From the IMG/VR virus record IMGVR_UViG_3300036945_000388: DNA of 38,694 nucleotides, one strand, 5' to 3'. The DNA is from a virus. The notes below the pieces were generated by a model. That model did no database searches, had not been told where the DNA came from, and saw only the letters and a list, made by a program, of their open reading frames with translations. The position numbers were made by a program, and so were the translations under genes. Below, in pieces: positions 16,103 to 23,455 of this stretch; positions within the stretch are counted from its first letter, which is position 1; the number at the start of each line of letters is the position of its first letter.

Positions 16103-16261
16103 AGTGTTAAATCCTTAAATCTGATTTTAAAAATCGGGAAATTTTGTCCCGATAAGCAGGGCCATATAGGACCAATGGTCCACTTACAAGAAAAAAATGC
16201 AATGCGGACCAATGGCCCTAGCGTCCCTATATATAAAGCCTAAAATTAACGGATTGACGCG

Positions 16262-16423
16262 ATAATTGCGCATTCCAGCAACATTATTGCGCCAAAGAAA
16301 CATTGTTGCTTTTGGTCATACTATTATTGCGTCTATATTGATTGTTGTTTCGCATTATTGCGACAACGCGCAACATTATTGCCTATGCGCAACATTCGTG
16401 CGCGATTGAGCAATATTCGTGCG
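16262..16423 (+). repeat. Phased array of 8 (9 with one degenerate copy) direct 9-mers ATTATTGCG/ATTCGTGCG (extended consensus GCAACATTATTGCG)
   Basis: Copies start at 16262, 16283, 16302, 16323, (16341), 16354, 16375, 16394 and 16415. Spacings are 21-19-21-31-21-19-21 bp, about two helical turns. Non-coding. Confidence 0.85.
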
Positions 16424-16425
16424 CG

Positions 16426-16447
16426 AGGGGTCTAAAAATTGACCCCT
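16426..16447. other. 7-bp GC-rich hairpin AGGGGTC-N8-GACCCCT
   Basis: Read directly. Lies between the 9-mer array and the 27-bp repeats. No U-tract on either strand. Confidence 0.6.
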
Positions 16448-16525
16448 CCCCGGTTTATGGAGCAAAAATTACCCCCATACGATTTATGGGCCAAAAATCC
16501 CCCATACGATTTACGGACTAAATTT
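16447..16525. repeat. Three tandem ~27-bp repeats (CCCCCATACGATTTAYGG...AAAAT)
   Basis: CCCCCATACGATTTA is exact at 16472-16486 and 16499-16513. A degenerate first unit lies at 16447-16471. The last unit overlaps the stop of 16518..16706. Confidence 0.8.
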
Positions 16526-16706
16526 TCTTTACGCCCAGCGCCTTCGCGCATTCCTTGGACCAAAACGCCCAATCGTAAATCAATCCCTCATCATCGCACC
16601 GATCCAAGCCTTCTTTGGCGGCATTGTCCATCAGCACCATCAGAGCGTTCAACAGGTCCGTGGCAAACAGATGCTTCGGACCTTCGTGTTCAATGTTATC
16701 GTTCAT
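16518..16706 (-). CDS. Hypothetical protein, 62 aa
   Basis: ORF starts 1 nt after the upstream stop (TAACATG). No recognisable motif. Confidence 0.6.
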   Translation of the reverse strand: MNDNIEHEGPKHLFATDLLNALMVLMDNAAKEGLDRCDDEGLIYDWAFWSKECAKALGVKKI

Positions 16707-16707
16707 G

Positions 16708-17460
16708 TTATAGCCTAGATACCATTCGGTTAATTATACGGTTAAAGTGCAGCGGCAGACTGTAAGCGACCTGCTTCTGTCCAACGCCAAAATAATCATA
16801 ACGCTTCTTATATGGCCTTCTTGTCTTGGTATTTACAAGCATTATTTTAATGTCCTTGCCACGGCGCTCTGCAATTCCGATAGGAACGCCCTCGCGCTTC
16901 ATAACAAAGAAGCTGATGTTCTTACGATTCCGCTGCTTGCCCTTGGGCATTGCGCTACGGGCAGTCTCAGACAATGCGCCAACAGCCGCCAGCATTTCAC
17001 TATACCGAGCGCCATTGATGTCACCGCCTGATCCACGGGGATAGTTTCTACCTTGGACAGTGTCTTGTGTTCCAAGCAAAGCCACCCGATCCTGTAATCG
17101 CCTCTCAGACGCCTTACGCGACCTTAGCCCACCAAACACATGCGGCTTGACGATGCTCTCAGGCGAACCAGTGCCACCAAAATATTCAAAGTAAGTTCCA
17201 GCCTTCAATACACCCTGACCAAATCTGGCCCTGTTCGATTGACCCTCACGGCCACCAGGGTAGCTTTTCTTCAAGCCCTTCAGCACATATGGCGATGGAT
17301 TATTAAAGACAGACTTCATCTCCAACTCTTGCCGAGTGTAGAGATCGTCCACGGTATCAGACAAAGCGCCCACAATAGCCTTGCGGATCATATTAGGCGT
17401 TTCAGCAAGGACCTTTAAGCCCCTGTCGAAGTCGCTTGTCTCAACCCGCATTGCTAACAT
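16708..17460 (-). CDS. Hypothetical basic protein, 250 aa from MLAMRVETSDF
   Basis: Start chosen at the TGATG overlap with the upstream gene. The N-terminus faintly resembles HK97 gp10-type neck proteins (weak, by eye). The C-terminus is Arg/Lys-rich. Confidence 0.65.
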   Translation of the reverse strand: MLAMRVETSDFDRGLKVLAETPNMIRKAIVGALSDTVDDLYTRQELEMKSVFNNPSPYVLKGLKKSYPGGREGQSNRARFGQGVLKAGTYFEYFGGTGSPESIVKPHVFGGLRSRKASERRLQDRVALLGTQDTVQGRNYPRGSGGDINGARYSEMLAAVGALSETARSAMPKGKQRNRKNISFFVMKREGVPIGIAERRGKDIKIMLVNTKTRRPYKKRYDYFGVGQKQVAYSLPLHFNRIINRMVSRL

Positions 17461-17648
17461 CAGTCTATGTCCTCGAACTCGCCACACCAATTAAAGGGTG
17501 AAGTCACTGGATTGAAAAACTTGGCCCGACCTTCTGCATCCATGTTTGTGAACACGGGCGGAAATCTTTTGCAGAAACCGTGGCTACCAGAAGGGCTTCC
17601 CTGAAAGAACAAACACTGCCCACAAGACTCATCATTATTCTTACTCAT
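17460..17648 (-). CDS. Small 4-Cys protein, 62 aa from MSKNNDES
   Basis: CGQC...G.C.....PP......WCGEF pattern, shared with 25043..25237. AAGGGA lies 5 nt before ATG 17648. Confidence 0.65.
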   Translation of the reverse strand: MSKNNDESCGQCLFFQGSPSGSHGFCKRFPPVFTNMDAEGRAKFFNPVTSPFNWCGEFEDID

Positions 17649-17725
17649 AACATCCCTTTCCACATACCTAATTCTATATCACCAGAGGTCCAATGACAAG
17701 TGGTCAGGACACCCCGCAGGACAGA

Positions 17726-17894
17726 GTGGACAAGTGGACAACACCTATAGGTGTGTTGTCCTGTCCGTCCACCCCTGCCTACCTTGCCCCTACCTTGTCC
17801 ACCTTCTTGTCCACCCCTACCTAAAAACCGCAGAAAAGCGTCAGTTTAGGTGGACAAGTTCTGTTTTGTCCACCCTTGTCCACCCTTGTCCACC
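17726..17894. repeat. Iteron cluster, 8 perfect TTGTCCAC/GTGGACAA 8-mers (DnaA-box-like): candidate origin of replication
   Basis: Plus-strand copies at 17795, 17807, 17866, 17876 and 17886. Inverted copies at 17726, 17734 and 17850. Degenerate copies at 17757 and 17765. 14-bp perfect palindrome ACACCTATAGGTGT at 17741-17754. The last three copies have exact 10-bp phasing and abut the primase-helicase stop. Confidence 0.75.
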
Positions 17895-17896
17895 CC

Positions 17897-19915
17897 CTAT
17901 TTATACTCACTTCTTGAAATCATCATGGACGAGGCATTTTCAGGGCAAATAACCACCCATCCATGCTCATGTCTGCTCACCATTTCGCTCACAACAAGCG
18001 TCCCAATCAGCCTATTGGTCTGGCTCTCCTGACACATTTTCTTTGCCGCATCTTCATTCTTAGCCAAGCCCTCTTTCATGATATGATCTATCAGGGCAGA
18101 GCGAGACAGGTACGGCATGTCATCCCTGACTTCGCGCCCAGCCTTATGCCAAGCGCCATCAAATATCTTGAAGTTGCTTTTGTGCTTTGCTTCTTTGCGT
18201 GTCTCAGGCGGAGCCTCAGTTTGCATTATAACCGCACTGGACACTTGCTCACCATCTTCATCGAACCAGCCGTTGATCTGTACAAGTTCCAGTACAGCAT
18301 AGACAGGCTTTGCCTCTTCGGCATCCTTGGACTTGCGCTGGACGATCTGGATAGGTCCGTCGCCCTTGGCTGGGACAACACTGATTTCGATTTCGAGAGC
18401 GCCCTTCCATGCTGACGATCCACGCGCACGGTGCTGGGCCTCATCTGACACGCCAGTGTGATGGACAAGGATGATGCTGCAACCGAACTCACGCATAAGC
18501 GCAGCACAGGCATCAATCATTGTTTTGGCATCCTGTGCGCTGTTCTCGTCGCCGGACAGGAACCTGTGCAGGGTATCGACCACAATAACACTGGGCGGAT
18601 GTGGCAGCGCCCTGATGGCCTCGACCACCTTCATGTAGCCTTCAGGCGTGTTCAGATCGCAGCCAGCCTTGGACAGCCACATATTGACGCTGGATACGCC
18701 GTGGTGCTGTTTCCATGCCGAGATACGCGAACGCAGACCGTGATGACCCTCACCAGCCAGATAGACCACCGTGCCGTTCTTAACCCTGTGACCGTTCCAA
18801 TCGGTCAGGCTGGAAGCTATGTGCAGACACCAATCAAGGGCCACGAAGGTCTTGCCTCCGCCTGACGGCCCGTGGATCATGATAAGGGCATCATCCTGTA
18901 TCCAGTTCTTGACCATCCACTTGATAGGGGCTGGCTTAGTGCAGAACTCGTCGGCTGGGATAAGCCAATCCGAAACTGGTGGAATCAGCAGGACGGATAA
19001 GTCGCCCCCTGCTGCCACATAATCGTTCGCATCGCCCTGGAAGGGTGGCATGATGGTCCGCGCACCAAACTTGGCTGATGCTTGGTCAGCATATTTCTGA
19101 CCCGTGTTGGACGCATCATTGTCCGCCACGATGACGATTTCTTGGGTTGGGCCGTATTTGTCCCGCGCCTCACCAGTTACAGGAACAAGGTTCGACGCCG
19201 AATAGGCCACAAGGCATGGGCGACCCGTTACCTGATGGATAGTGGCTGCTGTGGCAAAACCTTCGGCCACATATACAACCCCAGGCTCGTCCATTGTCCC
19301 GACCATCCAAGAGCAGCCGCCTGTCTGTCCGCCAGCATGGTATAACTTGCCACCCTCACGATCTATGTATTGCAGAGAGGATAGTTTGCCGTTGGGACTG
19401 AACAAGGGAACAACCAGCCGTCCGTCGCCTGTGACCCTCGCGCCATTGACGCCAATGCCTTTGCGGGAAAGATACGGGTGATCCGGATGGGCAGCGGTTG
19501 CCTCTGACCAAATCTTCTCGACGGTGTTCGATGCCACCTCCCGCGATTTAGCCAGTTCGATGTCCCGTGCGGCCTTGGCCTCTGACATGCGCCGGACATT
19601 TGCCATCTCTTCGGATGGTGTCAGCTTACGGCCAACGTCTGCCCTCCATGTCATTTCCATGCCAGCCCTCCAGCAGCCGAAGCGGCCAGCGGGAACGCCA
19701 TCACCATAGGCAATATACCAGCCGGACTTATCGTGTCCGCCCTTGCCTTTGGTTCCGGAGTTGAAGCGGTGCATCTTACCATCAAGGACAATGTCCTTGG
19801 GCGGTGTTATGCCGCTGTTCTCTATGGCGTCACGAAGCTGTAGTTCCGGTGGGTCAGCCTTTACCTCTGCTGGCGGCGACCATGAGCCGCCCAAGATGTT
19901 TGTTAGATCAGCCAT
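17897..19915 (-). CDS. Bifunctional DNA primase / replicative helicase (Toprim + RepA/AAA_25-like P-loop), 672 aa
   Basis: Toprim pattern VYVAEGFATAATI...IVIVADNDASNTG...GDANDY. Walker A IHGPSGGGKTF. Walker B VIVVDTLHRF. ILVHHTG motif. Confidence 0.85.
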   Translation of the reverse strand: MADLTNILGGSWSPPAEVKADPPELQLRDAIENSGITPPKDIVLDGKMHRFNSGTKGKGGHDKSGWYIAYGDGVPAGRFGCWRAGMEMTWRADVGRKLTPSEEMANVRRMSEAKAARDIELAKSREVASNTVEKIWSEATAAHPDHPYLSRKGIGVNGARVTGDGRLVVPLFSPNGKLSSLQYIDREGGKLYHAGGQTGGCSWMVGTMDEPGVVYVAEGFATAATIHQVTGRPCLVAYSASNLVPVTGEARDKYGPTQEIVIVADNDASNTGQKYADQASAKFGARTIMPPFQGDANDYVAAGGDLSVLLIPPVSDWLIPADEFCTKPAPIKWMVKNWIQDDALIMIHGPSGGGKTFVALDWCLHIASSLTDWNGHRVKNGTVVYLAGEGHHGLRSRISAWKQHHGVSSVNMWLSKAGCDLNTPEGYMKVVEAIRALPHPPSVIVVDTLHRFLSGDENSAQDAKTMIDACAALMREFGCSIILVHHTGVSDEAQHRARGSSAWKGALEIEISVVPAKGDGPIQIVQRKSKDAEEAKPVYAVLELVQINGWFDEDGEQVSSAVIMQTEAPPETRKEAKHKSNFKIFDGAWHKAGREVRDDMPYLSRSALIDHIMKEGLAKNEDAAKKMCQESQTNRLIGTLVVSEMVSRHEHGWVVICPENASSMMISRSEYK

Positions 19916-20159
19916 TTTCAGCCGCCAAAATCTGTAACGATGTCACGATGCTGCTATGGTCCCTATTCATTATGCGCCCAATCTCAGTGGTTGAAAAGCC
20001 CTTGGCGCGTAGCATTCCTATGCACTCACGCCGTACTGCTACCATTTTCTTAAACCGTCTAGGGCCAAGCATGTCCTCGACGGTGTATCCATATTTATAT
20101 GCTATTTCGCCAATTGCTGCGAGGTTCTTTTCCCGTGGTGTCATTATATATTGCTCCAT
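19908..20159 (-). CDS. Stand-alone DnaA domain IV-like HTH protein (83 aa from MEQYIMTPREK)
   Basis: IGEIAYKYGYTVEDMLGPRRFKKMVAVRRECIGMLRAKGFSTTEIGRIMNRDHSSIVTSL aligns by eye with E. coli DnaA domain IV ([59 protein letters not shown]). Confidence 0.65.
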   Translation of the reverse strand: MEQYIMTPREKNLAAIGEIAYKYGYTVEDMLGPRRFKKMVAVRRECIGMLRAKGFSTTEIGRIMNRDHSSIVTSLQILAAENG

Positions 20160-20166
20160 TTTAAAA

Positions 20167-20343
20167 TTACTCACCTTCACCAATCAGATAACCAGCTAAA
20201 CGATTAAGCGTGTCGATCTTGGGGTTTTCTTCCTTGCCGTCCCTTATGCGGGTAACGGTGTTGACATGCAGACCAGTGCGCTCCGCAACTACCTTGGGCC
20301 TTCTATCTAGCAAGGCCTGTCTAATCCATGCAATTTCGATCAT
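20167..20343 (-). CDS. Cro/XRE-type HTH regulator (58 aa), below the ORF-track cutoff
   Basis: Manual translation: MIEIAWIRQALLDRRPKVVAERTGLHVNTVTRIRDGKEENPKIDTLNRLAGYLIGEGE. GGAG lies 8 nt upstream. First gene of the leftward unit. Confidence 0.7.
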   Translation of the reverse strand: MIEIAWIRQALLDRRPKVVAERTGLHVNTVTRIRDGKEENPKIDTLNRLAGYLIGEGE

Positions 20344-20460
20344 TAGCTATACTCCTTTTTAATGTTATTTTTCTCCTTTACATATCAAAATTTGGCTGTA
20401 AAGACATTTCTACGCACTAACTGGATAGTCCGAATTGTGCTGAAACGAAAGGAGCCTTCA
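20344..20460. promoter_or_regulatory. Divergent early control region (promoters/operators inferred)
   Basis: 117-bp AT-rich gap between divergent operons. 7-bp inverted repeat CTTTACA (20376-20382) / TGTAAAG (20397-20403). RBS AAGGAG lies before ATG 20461. Confidence 0.5.
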
Positions 20461-21138
20461 ATGGCTATTAATCTAAAGAAGACCGGAGGTCTAACCGCCA
20501 ATGGTGTCAAGCTGCTTGTATATGGTCAGGCTGGCGCTGGTAAGACATCTCTTATCCGCACACTGCCGAACCCTGTGGTTCTGTCGGCGGAAGGTGGGCT
20601 GTTGTCCATCCAAGATGCTGACCTTGCCTATATTGAAATTAAGAACATGGAAGATTTGCGCGAGGCGTATGCCTGGGCCAAGGACAGCGAAGAAGCCGCT
20701 GGCTTTGAAAGCGTTGCACTCGACAGCATCAGTGAAGTGGCCGAGGTTGTCCTTCAACATGAACTGCGCACCAACAAGGATGGACGCGCTGCTTATGGCG
20801 AACTTAACACCGTTATGCAGGAACTGATCCGTGCGTTCCGTGATTTGCCAAACAAGCATGTCTACATGAGCGCCAAGCTGGAGAAATCCACCGACGAGAT
20901 GGGCAAGTTGCTTTATAATCCATCAATGCCGGGAAAGTCGTTGACGCAGGGTCTGCCCTACTTCTTCGACGAAGTCTTGGCTCTGCGTGTGGAACGCGAT
21001 GCGGATGGCAATGCCCAACGTGCCATTATGTGCGACAGCGATGGTTTATGGTTGGCTAAGGATCGCTCCGGCAAGTTGGCGTCATGGGAGTCCCCTGACC
21101 TTGGTGAGATCATTCGCAAGATTGGGGGTGTGTCGTGA
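20461..21138 (+). CDS. Sak4-like / AAA_24 RecA-fold ATPase (225 aa from MAINLKK)
   Basis: Walker A VYGQAGAGKTS and Walker B VALDSISE. Typical partner genes follow (DUF669-like, nuclease). AAGGAG RBS. Confidence 0.8.
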   Translation: MAINLKKTGGLTANGVKLLVYGQAGAGKTSLIRTLPNPVVLSAEGGLLSIQDADLAYIEIKNMEDLREAYAWAKDSEEAAGFESVALDSISEVAEVVLQHELRTNKDGRAAYGELNTVMQELIRAFRDLPNKHVYMSAKLEKSTDEMGKLLYNPSMPGKSLTQGLPYFFDEVLALRVERDADGNAQRAIMCDSDGLWLAKDRSGKLASWESPDLGEIIRKIGGVS

Positions 21139-21521
21139 CGCTAACTCCAATTGAACATGAAAAATTAACCTGCCGAGCGTGGAATGTTTTGCAAAACAAT
21201 GATCTGGGAAAATATAATGTTGGCGTAAATTTGGAAGCTATTTCTTCCATGACAGATGACATGTTTTTAGCACTAGAAAATTGTGGCCGCAAAACTCTCA
21301 AAGAAGTTGAAAATTTGTTAGCGAGTTATGGGAAAAAGTTTACCGACGATTTTGTTGAAGCTGATTGGGCCACAGAACTATGGGCCGATGCATTAATGGC
21401 TCATGGAATGTGGGTAAAATCCAAAACTCTTCGCAGAAAAGGACCCAATATAAATGATATTGCGGCAATTAAATTGCTTCGCCTTCGCTTTGAGCAAATG
21501 ATGAACGGAGAAGCGCCATGA
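21135..21521 (+). CDS. RNA polymerase alpha C-terminal-domain-like (HhH) protein, 128 aa, GTG start
   Basis: EKLTCRAWNVLQNNDLGKY...ISSMTDDMFLALENCGRKTLKEVENLLASYG parallels E. coli alpha-CTD [50 protein letters not shown]. GTGA coupling to the upstream gene. Confidence 0.5.
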   Translation: MTLTPIEHEKLTCRAWNVLQNNDLGKYNVGVNLEAISSMTDDMFLALENCGRKTLKEVENLLASYGKKFTDDFVEADWATELWADALMAHGMWVKSKTLRRKGPNINDIAAIKLLRLRFEQMMNGEAP

Positions 21522-21895
21522 TGAACATTTACCAAGATTGGTTAGCCGCCAAGGCCGAGGAAGCTGAGGCGACATCCAGACGCCGTGAGATTGAGGATCA
21601 GATGGTTGCGCAGTTTAACGTCCCATCCACCCTCGACAAGACGGCCAACTTTGAAGCCGACGGCTACAAGGTCAAGATCGAAGGCCGCATCAATCGCAAG
21701 ATCAACAGCGAGAAGCTGCAAGAGATTGCGGTGGAGCATGGGTTGATGGCGCATCTAGAATGCCTGTTCCGGTGGAAGCCGGAGATTAATGCGGCAGTCT
21801 GGAAGTCAACCGACCCAGCAATCACTACCCCACTACTGGACGCAATTACCTCAACACCAGGGCGTCCATCATTCACTATCGTTAAAAAGGATTAA
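21518..21895 (+). CDS. Hypothetical protein, 125 aa
   Basis: ATGA-coupled ORF in the recombination module. N-terminal coiled segment. No motif recognised. Confidence 0.7.
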   Translation: MMNIYQDWLAAKAEEAEATSRRREIEDQMVAQFNVPSTLDKTANFEADGYKVKIEGRINRKINSEKLQEIAVEHGLMAHLECLFRWKPEINAAVWKSTDPAITTPLLDAITSTPGRPSFTIVKKD

Positions 21896-21899
21896 TCAC

Positions 21900-22385
21900 A
21901 TGGCATTTTTAGGTGAAACATTTTCGACAGACAGCCTTCCTGTTTCGGATCGTTCGTATGATCTGATCCCAGAGGGCTGGTACAACGCCACCATTACCAA
22001 GGCGGAACTTAACAATACCAAGGCTGGCACAGGTCAAAAGATTGACATGCGCTATGACATCACTGGTCCGACGCAGCAGGGCCGTGTGGTTTTTGGCACA
22101 GTCAATGTCCGCAACCAGAGCGAACGGGCCGAGGCGATTGGTCGCCAGCAACTTGGTGAGATCATGCGGGCTGTGGGCTTGGCTAAAATCCAAGACACTG
22201 ACGAACTGGTCGGCGGTAGCATCTGCATCCGCGTCAAGATTAAGCCAGCCGAAAATGGTTATGATGCCCGTAATGAAGTTAGCGGGTTCAAGTCAGCATC
22301 AGGCGCATTGCCACAGGTCGCAGCATCAGCTTCTCCAGAGCCTACCGCATCTGTCGGCGGCGCAAAGCCACCTTGGGCTAAGTAA
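21900..22385 (+). CDS. DUF669-like protein (SSB-like Sak4 partner), 161 aa from MAFLGETF
   Basis: LIPEGWYNATITKAELNNTKAGTGQKIDMRYDITGPTQQGRVVFGTVNV.N....AIGRQQLGEIMRAVG pattern. AAGGA RBS. The track ORF start at 21789 overlaps the previous gene and is rejected. Confidence 0.7.
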   Translation: MAFLGETFSTDSLPVSDRSYDLIPEGWYNATITKAELNNTKAGTGQKIDMRYDITGPTQQGRVVFGTVNVRNQSERAEAIGRQQLGEIMRAVGLAKIQDTDELVGGSICIRVKIKPAENGYDARNEVSGFKSASGALPQVAASASPEPTASVGGAKPPWAK

Positions 22386-22391
22386 ACAAAA

Positions 22392-22417
22392 ACCCCCGCT
22401 CTATCACTAGGGCGGGG
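22392..22417. other. GC hairpin CCCCCGC-N12-GCGGGGG between the DUF669-like and nuclease genes
   Basis: Read directly. The A-run precedes it on the plus strand, so the T-run follows on the minus strand. This orientation is atypical for a plus-strand terminator. Confidence 0.5.
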
Positions 22418-22444
22418 GAAGTTTGTAGGAAAGGAGATAACACA

Positions 22445-23455
22445 ATGAGCAAGTTGCCCGACCCAGTTAATACCATCGCAACGATGATAGATCAATACCA
22501 TGCAAGCAAGAAGTCTAGGCCGCGTCCGCACATGGGCGTCAGCCTCTTGGGACACCATTGCGACAGGTGGCTTTGGATTAACTTCCGCTGGGCAGTGGTC
22601 GAGGATTTCGATGGTCGCATCCTGCGCCTGTTCCGTCGTGGACACAGCGAGGAAGACACCATCATCCGTGACCTTCGCAACATTGGTATCGACATTCGCT
22701 CCAGCCAGAGGCGCGTAGACTTTGGCAACCATGTAAGCGGCAGTCTTGACGGCGTGATCGAGAAAGGCGTCCCAGAGGCCCCCAAGGCGCGTCATGTGGC
22801 CGAGTTTAAGACGCACTCGAAAAAATCATTTGATGACATGGTGAAGAACGGCGTGGAGAAATCCAAGCCCATGCACTTTATCCAGATGCAAGTTTATATG
22901 CACGGGACCAACATTAACCGTGCGCTCTATCTGGCGGTCTGCAAGGACGATGACCGCATCTATACCGAGCGTGTGAAATACGACCAAAAGGTGGCCGAGG
23001 ACGCGATTATACGCGGCAAACGGATCGCCATGTCAGATCGTATGCCTGAGCCGTGCAGTGCCGACCCTAGCTGGTATCAGTGCAAGTTCTGTCCCGCACA
23101 CAGCTTCTGCCACAAGCAGGAGCCGACCAAGCGGATCAATTGCCGCACCTGTGCGCATAGCACTGCAATGGCGGACTCTACATTCCGTTGTGAGCGTCAT
23201 GAAGCCGACGCCATCCCAGAGGATTTCCAGCACGAAGGCTGCGATGACCACATCCTGCATCCAGACATGGTGCATTGGCCTATGGAAGGCTCAGACGATG
23301 GTCACAGCGTCAAGTGGAAGATCGGCGACAAGTGGATCGTGAATGGCAAGGGCGGCTACAAGAGCCGCGAGATACTCGCCAACGCAGAGGCGCTGGATGA
23401 TCAGGTCGTTCTGTCGATTAAGGCGATGTTCCCTGATGCGGAGGTGGTGGGCTGA
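22445..23455 (+). CDS. PD-(D/E)XK (Cas4/RecB-like) nuclease with C-terminal Cys clusters, 336 aa
   Basis: SLDGVIE...HVAEFKTHSKK (D...E.K), QMQVYMH (QxxxY), Cys clusters CSADPSWYQCKFCPAHSFC and CRTCAHS...FRCERH. AGGAG RBS. Confidence 0.75.
   Translation: MSKLPDPVNTIATMIDQYHASKKSRPRPHMGVSLLGHHCDRWLWINFRWAVVEDFDGRILRLFRRGHSEEDTIIRDLRNIGIDIRSSQRRVDFGNHVSGSLDGVIEKGVPEAPKARHVAEFKTHSKKSFDDMVKNGVEKSKPMHFIQMQVYMHGTNINRALYLAVCKDDDRIYTERVKYDQKVAEDAIIRGKRIAMSDRMPEPCSADPSWYQCKFCPAHSFCHKQEPTKRINCRTCAHSTAMADSTFRCERHEADAIPEDFQHEGCDDHILHPDMVHWPMEGSDDGHSVKWKIGDKWIVNGKGGYKSREILANAEALDDQVVLSIKAMFPDAEVVG

Noticed and set aside
16262-17894. Possibility that the repeat arrays are CRISPR arrays
   Set aside because: The repeat units are 8-9 bp (or 27 bp with no spacers), far shorter than CRISPR repeats. 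There are no unique spacers of 26-40 bp and no cas genes.
22259-22816. 185-aa minus-strand ORF spanning the DUF669-like/nuclease junction
   Set aside because: It overlaps two well-supported plus-strand genes and runs through the GC hairpin. No coupling or RBS is present.
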